From NCBI GenBank assembly GCA_964270895.1, contig OZ185452.1: a stretch of DNA of 64,000 bases; one strand, written 5' to 3'. This document shows, piece after piece, positions 1-11,865 of the stretch (positions are counted from its first letter, which is position 1; every line of letters starts with the position of its first letter). The notes under the pieces are model-generated. The model worked only from the letters and a program-made list of their open reading frames with translations, ran no database searches and was not told where the DNA came from. Both the position numbers and the translations under genes were made by a program. This DNA comes from Podarcis filfolensis. Taxonomy: Eukaryota.

Positions 1-912
1 TTTTACTGCCTGTGCAACCTTTTCTGAATGCTGTATGGAAAAGCACATGAATCTGGAGAGTTTGTAAGTACAGGCAATGACTAATTTACACACATCCAGT
101 TGATGCACAACTGTACACACACACACACACCACAGTGACCTGGAGGTAGCTGGAAGAGAGGGCAGGAGCTGTAAAAGGGCAGAGTAAGCCGACATGCACT
201 GGGATCAGAAATGCAGCCCTTGTGTAAAACGGTTGTTGTCTGAAAAGCATTTTTAACTTACCAAACCCGTTGTCTTTTTCTATGCTAGAGGAAGAGGTGA
301 ACTTTGGAACTTACTTTAAAGGGCACATATTTTAAAGGCCTAACAGCCTATATTTCCATGCTATACTTTGCTGCATATTTTATTATTTTAAATCTCTGTG
401 GGAGTTTTCTCACCCAAGAGTACTAGCCTAAAACTTGGATCTTGGCATTTAGGAATTTTCCTTTTATACCTATTTTTTTCATTGAACCAACATTTATTTG
501 ATCTCCAGAACAGTGCTCAAAGACTGAGCTATCAGATTACTGGAAAAATATTCCAATCCTGACACCCAGTTTGTTTGGTTATACTGCAAATATACAACCA
601 AATACATTATGATACCCTTCAAGCTTGTTCGACCTATTGACCAGGAGAAAGAAGCAACAGGTAGACATCTCTCTTGGCCTTTTGTTCATGTACCTTTTGT
701 GATCTGGACAAGAACCGTTGAGAATCTAATCTAACCTAGATTCTACAAAGCAAGCACATTACTCTAGCCTTTAAAATGGCAAATAATAATCATAACTAGG
801 ACACAGTACAAAGAGTTCCCTCTCTAACATTTCCGCTGAAATATGACTTTCTGAAGAGAGATGGATGGCTGATTTTTAACTAGGAAAAGATAAACCCAAA
901 TGAGTATGTATA

Positions 913-1095
913 AGGGAACACAGGAAACTGCTGTATACCAAGTCAAACCACTGGTCCACTGACCTTAGTTACATCTACACTGATTACTGATTAGCAGTGC
1001 CTCTCCAGTATTTCAAACAAGAGTTTTCCACAACCCTCCCTGGAGATGCCACAGGTTCAATTCTGATATTCCGCATTAAAAGTATGTATTCCATT
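913..1095 (-). mobile_element. Old tRNA-SINE with CR1-type tail (Squam2-like)
   Basis: Decayed match to a head ...GGCATCTCCAGG and a tail ...GCAGTTTCCTGTGTTCC. Confidence 0.45.
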
Positions 1096-1920
1096 TGGAT
1101 TTTGGAAACATTCACAAGTAACACTAAGCCATTATTAACTTTAGCACATTGTGCATGATCTGGAACAAATGTAAGAGGAGCCTTGGGCTTGTATACTCTC
1201 CCTCCCCACCAGCATAGGAAGAAGGAATTAGCTGAAATTTAGTTTTCATTTTCCTCCAGGATCTAGCTTGTCATGCTATCTGGACCAAGGACTGTGGTTT
1301 AAAACAAGCTCTGGTTAGTTTAACAAGTCAGCTTCAAAACCAATTGGGTGGTACAACATTAAATCTTTATTTTCATTGTTCCCTCCCCTCCAATGCCAAG
1401 TCACTGAATGACATGTTCCATGTCTTACATAAGAAACAATATACAGCTCTCATGTATATATATACTGATTTGGCTATTCAAGCAAGTTACTAATTTAAAA
1501 ATTATGAAGGAAAGAAAAAAGAAAACAAAAAAGTATTGGTGGTTCAGAGGGGAGAGCAGTGCAAGACGAGAATTCTATCTTCTACTCAGTCTGTCCAGGA
1601 TTCTAAGGAAGTTGGTTATAAATCACAATTCCTGGTCCAGACAAGAAGGAACCTGAAACACGAGTGAAGTTCTTCACTCAACCACGCAGCAGAAATATAC
1701 CTTTCTAAAATAGATCATGCTAAGATTATTGAAGCAGATAAGATTTGTGTTCACTCCAGCTTCTAAGCAAACCTCCTATTTTGGGTACTTTATTTTAGTT
1801 TAAAGAAAGAATAACAGAATCACAGAAGTGCAGAGTTGGAAGGGAACAAATACCAAGATATACTAATGGCTTCCACTGAGTAAGTATGGCATGCACCCAG
1901 TGTAACACTGATGGCTCTCA

Positions 1921-2115
<195 letters not shown>

Positions 2116-4034
2116 TTAAGAGGAGAGTATTTGAGTTTGACCAGACGTTAATGAATGCAAATATTTTTCAAGTAGTACCAGAACAACATACATCAACCAT
2201 ATATTTATTCAAAATATCTCTCACTTCACTTTTGAAATGAGGGAAGCTAACCCATTTTTCAGAGCTTCCCACAATTAGAAATTCCATAACCTATTTTGGA
2301 AGTGTATCTCATTGCCCAAGTGTTTATAGGAACATTTTGCTATGTGCAATTTCTCCTCATGTAGTTTAAACCCTGTTACCGGATCTTAAACCTTTAATGA
2401 ATTATCTATTTCGGTTAACATCATTATTGTACATTCTCAGAGAATTCTCCACCTGCCCATTAAGATGTTGACAATTGGGAGAATCCATACTATCTGACTG
2501 GTTTTGAACAGACTTGGGATTTCTCAAATATCAGTGCAAACCACTTTTGAAACTGATAATATTTTAAAGAGTGCGCACTATGCCATGGGTGTCTGATGTT
2601 CCCCCTAGGACCTCAGTCTTTGAGTTTGACCAGCATAGCTCTTTAATGTTGGACAGGAAATTGCCATATCCAACATCTTTTGCACTAGCCTACATTTCAT
2701 CTAATAAGCATTTCTAAAGTAGCACACACACACATGAAGGAAGAACTAATAAAACACTATTCTGCCAACATATGACAAAAACCCTAAAACAGGGTACTGA
2801 AAATATTTGCATCATCAGCCAGTAATTACTAATCCTGCCAGAATATGTGGACTTGTTACACAATAGTCCCTCTAGTTTTACTGTAGGGATGCACAGACTA
2901 AATGCTAATTCCTACAGGAACTGCTTATGCAACTGGCAGCAATCATACATGAGGGGGAGAATGACGCTGTGAGGAAGTTAGGTCTGCCGGTAGGTCTGCC
3001 ACTTCTATGTGCTAGGTCATTGATGTACAAACACCATACCAGAGGATTAAGCACATATTATTTGTAGCTTTATACTCTTTTAGAAAAACAATTTCTGCAA
3101 CATTTCTCACAAGGTTAAAATTATAGTGTTCTCTTGGGCAGAGTCTTAGGTAGGTAACTAACACCACTCTCTATTTCGAATAAAGAGGCCAATAAGCCAG
3201 CTAGACTTTTTCTTTTCTGCTCTGTCATTACAACATGAAAACCAAATTCGCTGTGCCCTTCAGCAGTGAAGAGAAAATAGTACAAAACAATGACCAAGGC
3301 CAAAAATGGGCAAACTATTTGAATGCAGTCCCCTGGTGTTGTGACGAGGTTTATATGTAGATACATGAGAGCAGCTGCTTTTTCATCTATCACAATTCCA
3401 CCAAACAGCAGACTAAGACTCAGCACAATGCAGAAGAAAGTCCATCAATCCGTAAGGGCACACACGGTTGCTGGGCTTTCAACAGCTGAGCATCTCAAAT
3501 GTACTGCCCCACTTGGCAAAGGCATATTAAAATAATGGATCTCTTTGCTGAAATGTATATAGATCAGCCTACACACAACTGCTAAAAATGGTTGTAAGGA
3601 CTACTGGAAGAAAGCACTGAAATATTATTCTAACAAACTTTGCTTTCAACACAGCCAAGTGAACACAGCTCATTGCCTTTCAGCAGAGTATTTAGAAAAA
3701 GCACCACTATTTATTTATTTGTTCCTCAACAGCATGTTCTGAAATCTTATTAACAATTCTTCCGTAGAAGTTATGATAGTCAAAAGTTGATGAGCCCAAA
3801 TAAGAACAAAATTATTGTGGCTCCAGTAAATTCCCTGTACAAAATGTATACTTCTTCCCAGTAATTGCGGCCAATTGTTTTAAGCAGCAAGGATAGCAAC
3901 CAAGCTGAAGTTTCATTGTTCTGAAGTTTGCTTAACTATCCAAAGTGAACAATTAAGTTCGGGTAGCACATAGAGAGACAAAGTGACCGTTCTAATGCCA
4001 AAGTACAGGACAAAAGTTTGACATTCCAGTAACC

Positions 4035-4049
4035 GGGGGGGGGGGGGGG
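4035..4049 (+). repeat. G15 homopolymer in intron 5
   Basis: Read directly; other G/C runs near 28732, 30682, 37123, 39288, 52204. Confidence 0.9.
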
Positions 4050-4657
4050 CGCGGCGGCTATTTTGCAATCTTATTTCCCACACTTCAAAGCCTAGCACCT
4101 TCCCAGAGTTCTGTACAATCTAAACAATTCATAAGGAAGAAAAAAACATGGGTTAATAAATCTTTCTAAACTTTGTCTTATCCCCTAACTTAAGATACAC
4201 TACTGGCATGTGACAGCATTCTATTCTCCTGATTGCATAAAGTGAAAACAAACCTTTGAACACAGCAAAATATGAACTAAGCATCTATTTAATTTATAGA
4301 TTTTTGCCTCAGCCATATATGCTAATGTAGGTTTATATTCCCATTATATGAATTACTCATCCAGTCACACACTGCCCCCCATGCAGTTTACTGGATGGAG
4401 CCTTGAGCATGTCATTCTTGCTCAAATGTACCCACTTCACATACAGTGATGTGGTTTTCCAGAAAAAAATCCTATGCAAATTAGAAAAAATTACATCAGT
4501 TTGAATTGGAAAATGTTATGATACCCTACAGAATGCTCTAATTTGCCACAATTATTTTACTTGTATTTGGTACATAGATACATGTTACTTGTATGCTGCC
4601 TTTCCATAATTCAAGCCATGCTCAAGACTGCCTACAACATGAAATAAATACATAATT

Positions 4658-4683
4658 AAAGGTAAAGGGACCGCTGACCGTTA
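4658..4683 (-). mobile_element. Tiny Sauria SINE tail remnant
   Basis: AAAGGTAAAGGGACCGCTGACCGTTA matches the terminal ~26 nt of the copies at 45470 and 61041. Confidence 0.55.
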
Positions 4684-5165
4684 CAAGATAACAAAAGTAC
4701 TAAGAGATGCTAACAACCTTGAAACTTTCAAGCTAGCCTAACAAATATATTCGTAATAGGCATCAGTTCATTGTTACTATTGAACTTATGAAATGGGAAA
4801 GGTTCTGTTTTGGAAAATTGTCCATACCACATCACTGATTCAGAGCAAGAAAGATAATGGTACCATTAAAAACTTGAATAAAGGGAATCCAGAGAGAGAA
4901 ACTTGCTAAATACATATATTACTTTTGGACTACACACACCATAAACAGCTGAACAGTGTCTGTCCAAATAAAAAGTAACAGTGGTGATGGAAACAGTGGT
5001 GATGATAGGAAAGATGGCACGAAACAATATCCAGTTTCTACTAGGGAAAATGGCTCTTTCATCACACAAATTGGCTTAACTTTAGTGAGAGGTTTTTCCA
5101 GAAGAATTTCAGATGAACTGTTGAGTGTTCTCAAATTTGTCAGCCACTTCTGTATAGATACTGGA

Positions 5166-5600
5166 TGTAATGGTTATAGGGGTTGCTCGTGCGTAAGTTG
5201 CCGCCACTCCTGGCTAGGTTACCTGGTTAAACCCTTTCTGTCTGGACGGCCCTTCACTTCGTGGCTGTTTCAGTCGCTGGCAGAATCCGTCAGTGGGCGT
5301 TTCTTGAACTTCTTCCAGCAAAGAAGTTCTTTGACGCCAAGTCTCCGCCTACTCTCCCTGCGCGGAAGTCTTCTGCGCAGGGTGGGTGTGGGCAGCGGCG
5401 GACCCGTGCTCTCCCCGCTGGTCTCCGGCGAGGAGTCCTGGAGCCCCTTCGCCGATTCCCCCATCTGCCCCCCTTCACCCCTGGTGTTACGCTGATTTCC
5501 TTCCCCAGCAGATGGGCTGCCTCTCTCCCTGCTGGGCCCCTCTCCAGCATCGCTCTGGAGCCTTGCCTCCGCCTCTGGCTCCGATGGCAGTTCCCTGACA
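5166..5600. mobile_element. Solo LTR (435 bp; Gypsy or ERV type) in intron 5
   Basis: Starts TGTAA, ends TGACA, flanked by the exact 5-bp direct repeat CTGGA (5161-5165 and 5601-5605); GC/CpG-rich island in an AT-rich intron. Confidence 0.85.
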
Positions 5601-8600
5601 CTGGACCTTTGCCATACAAATGCAGACATTTATAAAGGATAGGATTCTTAAATAAACCTGGAATCAGAGTTTTCATAGTCTGCTCTACTTTACTTGCAGG
5701 GAGCTACATACCTTATCCAGACAATATTCAGATATTGGTATTTATGAAAAAGCCCTTATGAATGTTAGCTATTCTGTAATACAGTAATTAAATGTTATAA
5801 AATATTAAGCTATCCAGAAGCACACTCTTCCACAACCTGCTAAAATTTTGTATGTTTGGGGGCGTTACAGATCTGACCTGAACCAGCAATGTGTGATGGC
5901 ATCCCTAGATGAATCAGAGCTCAAAGTCCCATATCCTACAGTCCAGATTTCCAAACTTTTCATGTTGGTGACACACTTGATAGACATGCATCATTTCATG
6001 ACACAGCAATTCAGTTTTGATAGCAAACCGGAGGTTAAACTAACCCCTTTCCAGCCCTGGAAGGAGCACAGTGAGCATTTGTGCAACATACCTACACACT
6101 GCAGCTGACACACTAACATGTTGCAACACAGAGTTTGGAAAGCTCCACTGTAGTCTTTTCGCCATATGTTGAAGCCTTCCCCTTTCAAAAAGCTTTCCAA
6201 GTGGAGACTTTTATCTCAATCAGTATCTGCATGGGATCTGAAATTCTACATATGTTTCTACTGTATTGCAAAATCACTTTTGAGATGCTTTGTGGAAAGA
6301 AATGCATAGATTCTTAATTAATTTCCTCTGCCAACTCATAATTCCAAATTAGTAACATTCTCTTCTTCTACTTTTAATACCTAGCTTATAAATTCTACTC
6401 TTCATTATCTAATTTGTTTCTCTTTCCAAGTCAACTAAACTCATGATTAAAAGGTTTATGGATTCTATGGACCCCCCAATCTTTTCCATGAGCACAACCA
6501 CCAACAAAACTGGCTGAAAGTTTGCCCAATGAAACAACTCTGGAAAAATCAAAGAAGACAGTTTTTAATAGCCAAGCACATTGTTGTTATTTGCTCTTCA
6601 ACTTCCCCATCATTTGCTTAGAGAACACACAATTAGCAATTTGACCCTGGCCAGACACCAGCACATTCCTGCTCAGGCTTACTTAAGGACTATGACATCG
6701 GAGGTGCTCATAGACAATCTGTTGGGAAATGAATGGGTTAAAAAAAGCCAGAGGCTTCAGCAATCTAATGAAAAAATCACTCACTGATCAATTCTTGCAG
6801 TAGTACTCTGAACATTAGTAAACTCCCTACCCTTCTTTATAAACGCTGCTACTCTGGATTTTTCCAATAGAGATAATTATGACTGTCTGAATATAGTGTA
6901 GTAAACTGATTAGTTGAAAATAATTAGGAGACCTTAATTATAGCAATAGCTAAATGCGTAGGCTTTAGCAAATACAAGAAAAGCAATTCACAAAACAGCA
7001 GTAGAAGTGCAGTCAACGTAACTAGTGGCAGAAATGCAGTCTCTCTGCTCAAGTGTCTGGAAAGGAAGACCATCAACATTCACTTTTTGCCATGTTAGAG
7101 GATTCTAGCAAGCATGCCAAGCTAAGCAGGAACATTCAAACTACTGGATTATTCAAGTAATGAAAGGAGGAAATAGTGGTACTTCAGCAGTGCTCCTTAA
7201 TATGCAAGGTTTCTATAGTCTGTGAGTACATACTGCCTGTACTCTTCTACCTATAAAACTTTAGAAGGCTTTATCACACAAAACTGATGTGTATTATACA
7301 GGACTTGAACACTTAATTTAAAACAGTTACAGTATGTGAACTGTGTGCTTGAACTATACACAAGTTTCTATGTTACCCAACACAAAACTGATACCACTTC
7401 CTTTTCAGAAACACACATACTATGGAACTATAGAGCATGAGGTATACAGCATGACCAAAGTGTAAGGAATATGGGAATACTAATAATTGAAAACTGCATG
7501 AATGTGCCTCTCCCCCACCCGCAAAAAGCAGGCATCAGTTGTGTAAGCACGCAGTACTTTCAGAAGAAGCAGTAAGTAAGTACCTTTACTTTAGTACAAT
7601 TGATTAATAAAGCTTAAAACAAGCAACTGCAGATTAATAAAAAAAAATTCCTAGAAGTTGACTCTCCCCAGTAAAAATCTGAATCAGATGAGTAAGATAC
7701 AAAATCATTTGAGGAAAAACTGGGTATTCTTTGGTTGTCATATGTAGGTTACCAAACTACATTGTGATTGTTTAACAACACCTAGAACCCTGTGGAGGTT
7801 AGCGAAAGTTCCTAAATACTGCGAGAACATTATTTTCTACTTTTCACAATAAGCTTCTTATTGGTAGCTGATCTTCATACATTGTGATAAAGCAGTATTA
7901 CAGTAAAGTCTCCCATCTGAACAGAATCTTTTCTTAGAAAAAGGTGATTATCACAAGTTCTAATTAGATATGTCCTCAACAGTCACTCCCCCAGCAAAAT
8001 CACTTGTAAAAGATGCTGAGAAGTTTCAAAATATGTGTCTATTGTTTGACTGCAATGTCTGTTGTATTTTGGTTCCTATGCTGGTTCCTCTACTGCCTCT
8101 CTTTCTTCAGTAGTCTTGATCCATTAAGAGCATCTTTGCTCAAATCTTCATCAGCAACTTACAACTGCAAAAACTACCCACACATGGCAGGTATAGTTAT
8201 TTTACCAGTAAGCAATAGCATCAACTTGCTACAACCAGGTAGTTTCAGGTAATGCATGGTGGCACTGTATATAAAATCCCCTCAAAAGGGATTTATCCCT
8301 GTGAAGTGACCAGCCTCCTAGTGAAGGCAACCTTATTAATCCCACATTTACAAGTGACAGCAAAAGCACGAAGGTGGCTAATTGGCACATTCGACCTGTT
8401 CTGTTTGTGGTTGTTATTATTATGCATATTCCATTGTTAAGCTGTAAGCAATATCCTTTGAAGGGAAACAACCTATATTTAATAATTACAAGCTCCAGTG
8501 TAAACACAACTTCCTACAACATTGTACTTATTAATTCATCATCTAACAAGTACTTTACATACTTTGAAAGCTCAGTGTTTGCTTAATGTTTTTCCAGGCA

Positions 8601-9831
8601 AGATATGGCTGTTGGAAAAGCAACTCGCCCCCCCAAAACAAGTTGTTTGTGTTGACAAAAAGGACACTTATTTAAGGGCCAGTGACTGTGCCCCAATGCC
8701 TTCTTTGCTTAAAAAACCCCCCACCTATCCTAAAACATCCATGAACATTAGACAGCACTGATATCTGAGAGGTAACTGCCACCTGGTTATTCATGACAGT
8801 CACTGGTGCCTGCAATGCAATGTCACTGGCACACTGCCTAAAATTCCATACCCAGATATGCATCCCCGCATCAAGTGCTTTGTCGCTTCCCTACATGGTC
8901 CTATTTCTGCAGGCACCATGTCAAAGGCCATCCAATATGCTTACACTTATGACAGAGGCATGCACACAGTTTCTCTCACCTCCAGGTTTTGACACTAGTT
9001 GTGGAACATAGTGTATGTACTCTTGCCACCCACCCTGAAATTTTAGCTTGGCTATAGGCACTTACAGTGACTGGATTACATTTCACAGCACAGTCATTCC
9101 AAAAATTAAGTTTAGTCTTTCCAAGGGTAAGAATGGCATTATTGCAAATCTGAGAATTATTAGTTATCTGCACATCAGCTTGACCATGAAAGAATTCAAT
9201 CCACATAGTATTAATATTTTTTATTAAGGACAGTAATTTGAACTAGAAAGATCAAGTACACCTATTATATAACTTTTATCATCTATTACTGCAATATCAG
9301 TATGATATGTAGTACAAGTTATATGCTAGATACACATATTCAATGCCCTTCAGTACACACACAAATGGACCTCAAGAGTGAAATGTTAGCAGGAAGGTAT
9401 TTATACCCAATGTAAAAGCCAGGAGGGAAGCACAGAAATAAATTTATTCTCAAAAATGCCAACTATGAAGTTTCAGCATAGTTCAATGAATTTTGGAACT
9501 CAGGTTTCTATTTCAGGAACAAACCCAACACAATGATCTACCACAAAAATAAATCAGGAGACCATGGGTCACTGGGTGGTTACACCCCATGCTTCCCAAG
9601 AAGAACATCACAATAAGGGGGAAACCAAGCTGGCAACATCCATCAGCCTGTGAAATAACAGTCTTTCCTCCTCTCTGCCAGAAAGTTCACTCTACTCCAA
9701 TTGCCAGTTACTCTGGGACTACAAGGGTGAAAGAGACACACAGCCTGGCCCAATCCATTGACCAAGGCAGACAGGGAGACTTGGCTTCATGTATCAGCAG
9801 TGAAAGAGCAGCTGCTCCAGTGCTGCTTACA

Positions 9832-10026
9832 CCAGTGTGATGTAGTGGTTAGCACTGGACCAGGGAGACCTGGGTTCAAATCCCCACTCAGTCAAGAAGC
9901 TCACTGGGTGACCTTGGGACAGTTACTTTTTCTCATACCACACAGAGTCGATGTGAGAATAAAATCAAGAAGGGGGTGAACCATGCATGCCACCTTGAGC
10001 TCCTTACAGAAAAGGTGGTATATAAA
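9832..10026 (+). mobile_element. MIR/Ther1-related SINE (Squam3-like)
   Basis: tRNA-like head TGTAGTGGTTAG...GGGTTCAAATCCCC, CORE-like GGTGACCTTGGG, 3' GCCACCTTGAGCTCC. Confidence 0.75.
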
Positions 10027-11589
10027 CCCAACACATACATGAAAACATTAGACCTTAAGCCTGAGGGCATAAATATTAGTACAACTCATTATGTATGCTG
10101 AAAAAAATTGCCATGGGTCGTTTGGATGAACTTGTATACAGTATAACCAAACTGAACTAGTTCATTTTGTAAAGGGAGAAATGTGAACTGTAAGTAGTTC
10201 ATTTTTGGACATGTTAAATTTGAACTTGTGAAAAATGAACTGCCCAAGGTCTATGTATTAGATACACATTCAAACAAAATTAAGCCATCCATTTCTCTTA
10301 AACTCATGTCAGAGGAATTGAAGCTGGAACTGAGTAACAAATACTTGAACTTTGTGGAGGGGAGGGAATAGGCTATCCAAAATTGGATTCAAGTCAGGAA
10401 GCTTGTACCACGTTTCTATTAAGTGCACACATTTCTACACCTAAATTGCTCATTAAACCATATGGCAAGGAGTGCTCTACCCTACAAAATGCTCATCTAG
10501 CAGGGTTCTTTGTTTTTGCCACATCAAACCAATATAGCTGCTCTCTGAATTTGACAATAAAGAAGTTATTTGCAATCTATGCAAATCTTAACACGCACAC
10601 ATACCTAAACAATACACTGCAAAAGTAAGTAGTGGAGGAACACCATGGAAGGTGGAAGAAAGCCACCCCCAGTAGAGACAACACCATAATGCCACAGGGA
10701 GGGAAGCTTGATGCAGGAAGTCAAGACGCAAGTAAACATGACTTTGGCCTGCCAGTCCTCCCCATCTGGTCCATAAGGTAGTTTCAGACAAGTCATGCCC
10801 ATCTACCATCATATATGAAACCAGGTGTGGGGTATGTAATGGCGGCTTAGAAAAAGGGGCTTTGAAGGCACTGCCAATTGGCAAAGCCTGCAAAGGCGCT
10901 TGCACACCACTTCCCAAATACTGTCTCTGTCAGGCATCTGGGAAGTGCTGCACAACTTTCCCCCATACCCCAGGTCAACTTTGACAGATGTCTTAATTAT
11001 GTCAGGTGATTGACATCAGATGACTGACAGGCAGGTGACTGGTTACACAAGACATTATTCTGTTGTAGGTCACTTCATGTCAGTTCAGCTGTTGTAACTG
11101 CTAATTTGTGCCTCTAGAAGTAAGCAGTTTTTCTCCCCTCATAGTAAAGAGGTTGATGAGGAAAGGCAGTAAGCCCACAACTTACACAAATTTAACTTGT
11201 GTGCATTCAGCTTTATGCACACAATTTTTTTTAAAAGGTGGGCAGAAAGGAAAGGGGGTCCCAGAAAATGACCTTGGCAATCCCACCCACCAATGAACCC
11301 AATGTGCTATGATTATGATTTTTGGCCTTAGGCGCAATCCCTGGAATATAACCTCTACATAAGTTGCAGTCATTCCCTAGTGAGGTGCATCTGCCTCCCT
11401 CCTTACTGACTATAAGGAGATATTTTTAAATGTTTCTGTTTACCCTAGCATTTGATAGCTAAAGATGCTGTTCCTGGCAACCCTAAGTTCACAGCCTTTT
11501 ACAATGTTTAAAAGTGTTTTTGAGTATATTTATTTTTTAATGTTTTTTATCACTCTTTGTCTTAACAGCAAATCAATTTGTAAGAACTA

Positions 11590-11865
<276 letters not shown>

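Noticed and set aside
4956-5495. 179-aa plus-strand ORF
   Set aside because: Crosses the solo-LTR boundary, so it is a chimera of intron and LTR sequence; antisense to ATP2A2; no recognisable domain
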